Below, one piece after another: positions 58,995-64,000 of a DNA stretch of 64,000 nucleotides. Below the pieces are notes generated by a model. That model was not told the origin of the DNA. It did no database searches and saw only the letters and a list, made by a program, of their open reading frames with translations. This DNA is from Rhodobacteraceae bacterium UBA6213 (GTDB lineage: Bacteria; Pseudomonadota; Alphaproteobacteria; Rhodobacterales; Rhodobacteraceae): positions 125,326-189,325 of the forward strand of contig DISJ01000009.1 in NCBI GenBank assembly GCA_002421605.1, given 5' to 3'. Position numbers and translations under genes: made by a program. How positions within the stretch are numbered: the first letter of the stretch is position 1; every line of letters starts with the position of its first letter.

Positions 58995-59916
58995 GCTCCA
59001 TCAGAACTGCCACATGTGCTGCAACCGAGGCAGCAACGGCGCTCAGATCATATCCGCCTTCAAGTGTCGAGACCACCCGCCCGGCGCAGCAATCATCGGC
59101 CAGATCGCAGATGGCGTGAGTTAGCCAGCGAAAATCCGCATCGCGCCATTCCAGCGCGGCAAGCGGGTCGGCGTGGTGCGCATCGAACCCGGCGGAAACA
59201 AGGATAAGCTCTGGCGCAAAGTCGCGCACACGCTTTAACGCCTCTTGCCAAACGGCGCGCATTTCTGCCCCGCCCGAGCCCGGCAAAAGCGGCAGGTTGA
59301 TCATCTGCCCATGCGCCCCGGTTTCGCTTGCATAGCCCGATCCGGGGTAAAGCGGCATCTGGTGGGAGGATACGAATATCGCGCGCGGTTCATCCCAAAG
59401 CAGCGCCTGCGTGCCGTTGCCATGGTGCACATCAAAATCGAGCACCGCGACGCGGGACAGCCCGTGATGGTCGAGCGCGCGCTTTGCGGCAATCGCAATG
59501 CTGCCAAAAAGGCAAAAGCCCATCGCGCGCTCTGCCTCGGCGTGGTGCCCCGGCGGGCGCATGGCGACAAAGGCGTTGCCTGCCTGCCCTGCCAGCACCA
59601 TATCAACCGCCGCGTTGACCCCCCCGATGGCGTGAAGGGCAGCGTCAAGCGAGCCGGGCGAGGCGAAGGTATCAGGGTCGAGCATTGCCCAACCGGCCGC
59701 AGGAATCGCAAAGCGAACGGCCTCAAGGTGCCGCTCTGTATGGCAGCGTAGCACCTCAGACTCTGGCGCGAGTGGTGCGGGGTAGCGGGCGAGTGTGGCA
59801 AATTCTGGCGCGCGCAATGCTGCCCAGATCGATTCAATCCGCGCCTCACTCTCGGCGTGGCCGGGCGGGGCTAGGTGTTTGAGCGCGGAGTCATGTGTGA
59901 AAAAAGCTGTGGTCAT
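58960..59916 (-). CDS. Histone deacetylase-family (acetoin utilisation/acetylpolyamine amidohydrolase-like) protein
   Basis: RPPGHHAEAERAMGFCLF, DFDVHHGNGTQ, EGGY. Confidence 0.85.
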   Translation of the reverse strand: MTTAFFTHDSALKHLAPPGHAESEARIESIWAALRAPEFATLARYPAPLAPESEVLRCHTERHLEAVRFAIPAAGWAMLDPDTFASPGSLDAALHAIGGVNAAVDMVLAGQAGNAFVAMRPPGHHAEAERAMGFCLFGSIAIAAKRALDHHGLSRVAVLDFDVHHGNGTQALLWDEPRAIFVSSHQMPLYPGSGYASETGAHGQMINLPLLPGSGGAEMRAVWQEALKRVRDFAPELILVSAGFDAHHADPLAALEWRDADFRWLTHAICDLADDCCAGRVVSTLEGGYDLSAVAASVAAHVAVLMERDDDRNSGDEL

Positions 59917-59978
59917 GGGCCAAAGCTACTTCGCGCGGGCCTGCCCGGCAAGGCATGCACGGTTCAGTCGGGTGCGGT

Positions 59979-60587
59979 TCAGTCGGGCGTAGCCATCCGT
60001 GTGCCGATTTCGGCGGCACCCGTGCCGAACCCTTCGGCCAGCATCGCCTTACCCGCCGCGATGCGCGCTGCGGCGGGCTTGTTTTGACCCAGCTTGAGCG
60101 TGCCTTGCACATCCTCCAGATGCAGAACCGCCGGCACGATGGCGCGCATCTTTCGCACCAACTCTTCGTCTGGCATCTTGTCGATCTTCCAGGGGGCTTT
60201 TTGCAGCTGGTTTTCAAAGGTGGCGGAAAGCCGTTCCAGATGCCCGCGCAGCGCGGTTTCCGGCAAAAGCTCGACCCTGCCACGCAGATGCACGGCGTGG
60301 TAGTTCCAGGTTGGCACCTGATGGTCCATCCCATACCAATCGGGCGAGACATAGGCGTCAGCGGTGCTGACCAGCATCACCGCCGGCTGCGGCGTGGCCA
60401 ACGCGCGCGCCATTGGCGCGTTTCGAACGATGTGAAACTCGATTGCGCCCGCGTTAGCACAAAACGGCAGATGCGAAACCAGCGGCCCTGCAGCCCCGTT
60501 GACGCAAAGCGCGCCAAAACCGCGCGCCAGCGCCGCTGCCAGATTCGCCTCGGCGGTTTCGGCGCGGAAGGCCGGGTTTGGATGCAT
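59979..60587 (-). CDS. paiB: FMN-binding negative transcriptional regulator (PaiB family)
   Basis: N-terminus MHPNPAFR.... and HLPF..., VPTWNYHAVHLRG, LKLGQNKP are typical of PaiB-like proteins. Confidence 0.7.
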   Translation of the reverse strand: MHPNPAFRAETAEANLAAALARGFGALCVNGAAGPLVSHLPFCANAGAIEFHIVRNAPMARALATPQPAVMLVSTADAYVSPDWYGMDHQVPTWNYHAVHLRGRVELLPETALRGHLERLSATFENQLQKAPWKIDKMPDEELVRKMRAIVPAVLHLEDVQGTLKLGQNKPAAARIAAGKAMLAEGFGTGAAEIGTRMATPD

Positions 60588-60600
60588 GCTGATCCCCCTC

Positions 60601-61854
60601 TCAGGCTAATAGCTGCGCGCCGTTGTGCCCGCTGATGCGCACATCCATCAGTGTGCCTTCGGGCTGATCGGTGGCAAAGGCGACTTCGGTGAAATATTCG
60701 GTGCGCCCAAGGCGCGGGCCTTCAGTCAGGACGGTGCGCGTCTGGCCAACCTCGGCCAGCAGATGCATGCGCAGGCGCGCATCGCCCAGCGCGCGCAGGC
60801 GGGCGGCGCGTTCCTTGATGGCGGGGCCTTTGACTTGCGGCATCCGGGCGGCGGGCGTGCCCTTGCGTGGGCTGAAGGGAAAGACGTGCAGAAAGGTCAG
60901 GCCGCAATCCTCGACAAGGCGCAGCGAGTTTTCAAACATCGCGTCAGTTTCGGTTGGAAAGCCTGAGATGATATCGGCGCCAAACACGATACCGGGGCGC
61001 AATTGGCGCGCCTCTTCGCAAAAACGGATCGCGTCGTCGCGCAGATGCCGCCGCTTCATGCGCTTGAGGATCATATCGTCGCCCGCCTGCAGGCTCAGGT
61101 GCAGATGCGGCATCAGGCGTGGTTCGGTGGCGATAGCGGCCATCAAGTTTTCATCGGCCTCAATACTGTCGATCGAGCTGATCCGCAGGCGCGCGAGATC
61201 TGGCACCAGTCGCAGGATGCGCATCACCAGATCACCCAGCCGTGGCGTGGCAGGCAGATCGGAACCCCAAGAGGTAAGGTCCACCCCGGTCAGCACCACC
61301 TCGCCAAAACCTTTGCCCACCAGCCGCTTGATCTGTTCGACCACCACGCCTGCCGGAACCGAGCGGGAATTGCCGCGCCCGTAGGGGATGATGCAGAAGG
61401 TGCAGCGGTGATCGCAGCCGTTTTGCACCTGCACATAGGCTCTGTGGCGGCCAAAACCGTCAATCAGGTGGCCCGCCGTTTCGCGCACGGAAAGGATGTC
61501 ATCAACCATTACCTTTTCGGTGGCCCCGATCAGATCGGGTGCTACAAGCCCCGCCCAGGTTGCGGGCTGCATCTTTTCGTGGTTGCCGATGACGCGGGTT
61601 ACCTCGGGCATGGCGGCAAATGTTTCAGGCTCGGTCTGCGCGGCGCAGCCGGTTACGATGATCGGGGTGCCGGGATTTTCGCGCGCAAGGCGGCGGATTT
61701 CCTGCCGCGCCTTTCGCACCGCCTCGGCGGTAACGGCGCAGGTGTTGACGATCACCGCGTTGCCCATACCCGCAGCTGCCGCCAGCTCCTTCATCGCCTC
61801 GCTTTCATAGGCGTTGAGGCGGCAGCCGTGCGTGGCGAATATCGGCGCGCTCAT
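60601..61854 (-). CDS. mtaB: tRNA (t6A37) methylthiotransferase MtaB (radical SAM)
   Basis: MTTase N-domain [11 protein letters not shown]...VIVNTCAVT, radical-SAM [11 protein letters not shown], and a C-terminal TRAM-like region. Confidence 0.85.
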   Translation of the reverse strand: MSAPIFATHGCRLNAYESEAMKELAAAAGMGNAVIVNTCAVTAEAVRKARQEIRRLARENPGTPIIVTGCAAQTEPETFAAMPEVTRVIGNHEKMQPATWAGLVAPDLIGATEKVMVDDILSVRETAGHLIDGFGRHRAYVQVQNGCDHRCTFCIIPYGRGNSRSVPAGVVVEQIKRLVGKGFGEVVLTGVDLTSWGSDLPATPRLGDLVMRILRLVPDLARLRISSIDSIEADENLMAAIATEPRLMPHLHLSLQAGDDMILKRMKRRHLRDDAIRFCEEARQLRPGIVFGADIISGFPTETDAMFENSLRLVEDCGLTFLHVFPFSPRKGTPAARMPQVKGPAIKERAARLRALGDARLRMHLLAEVGQTRTVLTEGPRLGRTEYFTEVAFATDQPEGTLMDVRISGHNGAQLLA

Positions 61855-62690
61855 GCGTGGGCGGCCAGAAATTCGGGCGAAAGCGTGCCTTTAAAGACCA
61901 GCGCGGTGGGGCCGGTCATCCACACACCATCGTCGCGCCAATCGACCTCGAGCGTTCCGCCATCGACGTCAACTGTAACGCGCCGCCCGGTCAGGCCGCG
62001 CAGGTGTGCGGCAACGGCGGTGGCGCAGGTGCCGGAGCCGCAAGCAAGCGTGATGCCAGTGCCGCGTTCCCACACCCGCATACGCAGCCGGTCGGGCGCA
62101 CTGAGCGAGGCGAACTCGACATTGGTGGCGTATGGAAACAGCGGGTCATGTTCGATGCGCGGGCCAACGCCTGCCACATCAACCGACTCGGCGTCGGGTA
62201 CGAAGTGCACGCAATGCGGGTTGCCCATACCAACCGCGACCGGGTCACCCGGCAAGGGCAGATGCAGCGTATCCACCGCGCGCGCCAGCGGCAGTTCGGC
62301 CCAGCCTAGCTGCGGTGGCCCCATGTTCACCCGGGTCAGACCGTCGCCTGCGTCTTCGCCCGCCAGTAGCCCGCGTTCGGTGCGCAGTGTCAGCCGCGCC
62401 GCGCCGGTTTCCTGCAAGATCAGCCATGCGACGCAGCGCGTTGCATTGCCGCAGGCGCCCGCAGTTGTGCCATCGGCGTTGAAAAACGTCAGTTGCGCGG
62501 CGGCCTCTGGATCGGATTGGATGAACACCAGTTGATCGAACCCCACGCCCCGGTGGCGATCACCCAGCGCGCGCACCAGCGCAGCCGAAACCATATCGCC
62601 GCCCGAACGGGCATCGAGAACCACGAAATCATTGCCTGCGCCGTGCATTTTCAGGAAAGGCAGGCCAGCGGTGGGTTGGTTGGTCATCAT
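61851..62690 (-). CDS. dapF: Diaminopimelate epimerase
   Basis: [15 protein letters not shown] and the two catalytic-Cys contexts GACGNATRC and [12 protein letters not shown]-type coupling to mtaB. Confidence 0.9.
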   Translation of the reverse strand: MMTNQPTAGLPFLKMHGAGNDFVVLDARSGGDMVSAALVRALGDRHRGVGFDQLVFIQSDPEAAAQLTFFNADGTTAGACGNATRCVAWLILQETGAARLTLRTERGLLAGEDAGDGLTRVNMGPPQLGWAELPLARAVDTLHLPLPGDPVAVGMGNPHCVHFVPDAESVDVAGVGPRIEHDPLFPYATNVEFASLSAPDRLRMRVWERGTGITLACGSGTCATAVAAHLRGLTGRRVTVDVDGGTLEVDWRDDGVWMTGPTALVFKGTLSPEFLAAHA

Positions 62691-62794
62691 GGCGTGCTTT
62701 TACGCAATGTGTGCAGATTCGACCAGTGGCAGGATTTCAACCAATTATGCGCTTGACCCGCCCCCGGGTGGTAACTACAGAAGCGCCCTGTGAT

Positions 62795-62870
62795 GGGCCG
62801 GTAGCTCAGTTGGTAGAGCAACTGACTTTTAATCAGTAGGTCTCGGGTTCGAGCCCCGACCGGCTCACCA
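62795..62870 (+). tRNA. tRNA-Lys (anticodon UUU)
   Basis: 76-nt cloverleaf folded by hand. Acceptor stem GGGCCGG/CCGGCTC, D-arm GCTC-AGTTGGTA-GAGC, anticodon arm ACTGA-CTTTTAA-TCAGT, T-arm TCGGG-TTCGAGC-CCCGA, and an encoded CCA. Confidence 0.95.
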
Positions 62871-62895
62871 CCATCACCCCAAATACCATCGCGTT

Positions 62896-62911
62896 CCCGC
62901 TGGCCAGCGGG
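62896..62911. terminator. 16-bp perfect palindrome CCCGCTGGCCAGCGGG between tRNA-Lys and pmbA (possible bidirectional terminator)
   Basis: Read directly, located between two convergent genes. There is no clear U-tract on either side. Confidence 0.35.
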
Positions 62912-62949
62912 CCAAGTGGGCGGCATTCGCCGTGCTGGGGCGCGCGGGA

Positions 62950-64000
62950 TCAGGCGCCTGCCAGTGTCATGCCTTCGACCAGAAGGCTTGGCACGACGGC
63001 GCTTAGATGCAGGCGCGCGTCGTTGGCGGGGGTGATACGGGTAAGCATCTCGCGCAAGTTTCCGGCGACCGTGCATTCGTTCACGGGCCAGACAATTTCG
63101 CCGTTTTGCACCCAAAAGCCCGAGGCACCGCGCGAATAGTCGCCCGTGGTCGGGTTGATCGACGAGCCGATCAGCGAGGTAATCAAAAGGCCGGTGCCCA
63201 TCTCGCGCAAAAGCTCTTCGCGGCTGCGGCTGCCTTGGGTCAGCGCGATGTTGGAATTGCCCGGCGAGGGCGGCGAGGAGGTGCCGCGCGAGGCAGAGGC
63301 GGTCGAGGCCATGCCGAGCTTGCGCGCGCTGGCCAGATCAAGCGTCCAGCCGGTCAGCGTGCCGTTATCGACAATGGCGCGCCGGCGCGTGGGCAGCCCT
63401 TCAGCATCGAAGGGGCGAGAGCTGGATATACGCGCGCGGAAGGGGTCTTCGATGATCGATAGGCCCTTGGGTAAAACATCGGTGCCCAAGGCGTTCAGCA
63501 ACCACGAGGCGCCGCGCGAAATTGCAGCACCGTTGATTGCGCCCAGCAGATGACCGATCAATCCGGATGCGATGCGTTCATCATAGAGCACCGGAAAGGC
63601 ACCAGTCGGCGGGCGGCGGGTGCCTTGGCGTTCAACAGCGCGTTGGCCTGCCAGCAGGCCAACATCATCGGGCGAGGGCAGATCGGCCTGAAAGGTGCGC
63701 GCCTCGGCGGCCCAATCACGTTCCATCGCGCTGCCTTCGCCGCTGATTGCCACCGCCGAAACCGAGCGCGAGGTGCGCCCGTAGCCACCGGAGAAGCCGT
63801 TGGAGGCGGCGAACCAGACGTTGCGGCGCGAATAGCTGGCTGAGGCTGATTGCACCTGCGCCACGCCCGCTACCGCCAGCGCCGCCGCCTCGGCGCGCTG
63901 TGCATCGCTTTGCAATTCACCCGCGGCGGGTTCTGCGGCGGGGTCGGCCAGTTCGAGCGCGTCGATGTTCCACTCTTGCGCGATCATGTCGGGGTCGGCC
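62950..64000 (-). CDS. pmbA: TldD/PmbA-family metalloprotease, PmbA(TldE)-like, C-terminal part (5' end outside window)
   Basis: The reading frame is open to the window edge. C-terminus GFWVQNGEIVWPVNECTVAGNLREMLTRITPANDA matches the PmbA-type pattern. Confidence 0.7.
   Translation of the reverse strand, partial: ADPDMIAQEWNIDALELADPAAEPAAGELQSDAQRAEAAALAVAGVAQVQSASASYSRRNVWFAASNGFSGGYGRTSRSVSAVAISGEGSAMERDWAAEARTFQADLPSPDDVGLLAGQRAVERQGTRRPPTGAFPVLYDERIASGLIGHLLGAINGAAISRGASWLLNALGTDVLPKGLSIIEDPFRARISSSRPFDAEGLPTRRRAIVDNGTLTGWTLDLASARKLGMASTASASRGTSSPPSPGNSNIALTQGSRSREELLREMGTGLLITSLIGSSINPTTGDYSRGASGFWVQNGEIVWPVNECTVAGNLREMLTRITPANDARLHLSAVVPSLLVEGMTLAGA

Noticed and set aside
61003-62535. 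510-aa ORF on the plus strand spanning the mtaB-dapF junction
   Set aside because: It is antisense to two genes with clear catalytic motifs (radical-SAM CxxxCxxC and the DapF Cys pairs). Its Arg/Ala/Ser/Pro-rich translation makes it a shadow ORF.
62795-64000. tRNA-Lys as an integration hotspot for a genomic island
   Set aside because: The tRNA is followed after 79 bp by a housekeeping pmbA gene. No integrase was seen, no direct repeat of the tRNA 3' end was noticed, and there is no compositional shift in the remaining 1.1 kb.

Overview
High-GC chromosomal segment from an alphaproteobacterium. Gene content and order look Rhodobacterales/roseobacter-like, but that is inference, since I could run no search. 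The window has three blocks.

(1) 1-16.4 kb is housekeeping: a DsbA-like fragment, a CaiB-type CoA-transferase, lpxK-waaA, zapE, accD-folC, smc, RidA, a GDPD-family enzyme, a GNAT-like protein, GST, a Prx5-type peroxiredoxin, an FAD reductase and rsmD.

(2) 16.4-42.4 kb is a ~26 kb alpha-type flagellar supercluster. It contains fliP-fliN-fliH-fliF; fliL-orf119-motE-like-motA-orf771-SLT-flhA-fliR-flhB-orf124; fliL2-flgH-flgA-flgG-flgF-fliQ-fliE-flgC-flgB; fliI; DUF1217-flbT-flaF-flagellin; flgN-like plus a rod-binding flgJ-like gene; and fliK-flgD.

(3) 42.4-64 kb is housekeeping again: ubiB-ubiE, mutM, enoyl-CoA hydratase, the rpsT-dnaA-dnaN-recF-(VOC)-gyrB replication block, moeA plus a coupled DUF2478-like gene, dxs-ispA-xseB-HDAC, paiB, mtaB-dapF, tRNA-Lys(UUU) and a pmbA fragment.

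I saw no CRISPR array, IS element, integrase, toxin-antitoxin pair or recognisable defence system. The many long ORFs antisense to real genes look like high-GC shadow ORFs.

The best candidates for undescribed biology are the unassigned ORFs embedded in, and translationally coupled to, the flagellar operons. The strongest is a 771-aa secreted protein sitting where motB normally follows motA. Several non-coding elements also deserve a look: a perfect DnaA box upstream of smc, CtrA-box-like motifs in divergent flagellar promoters, a long rpsT-dnaA spacer, and an AT-rich palindrome island after recF. All family assignments come from reading the translations and recalling motifs, and need HMM or BLAST confirmation.
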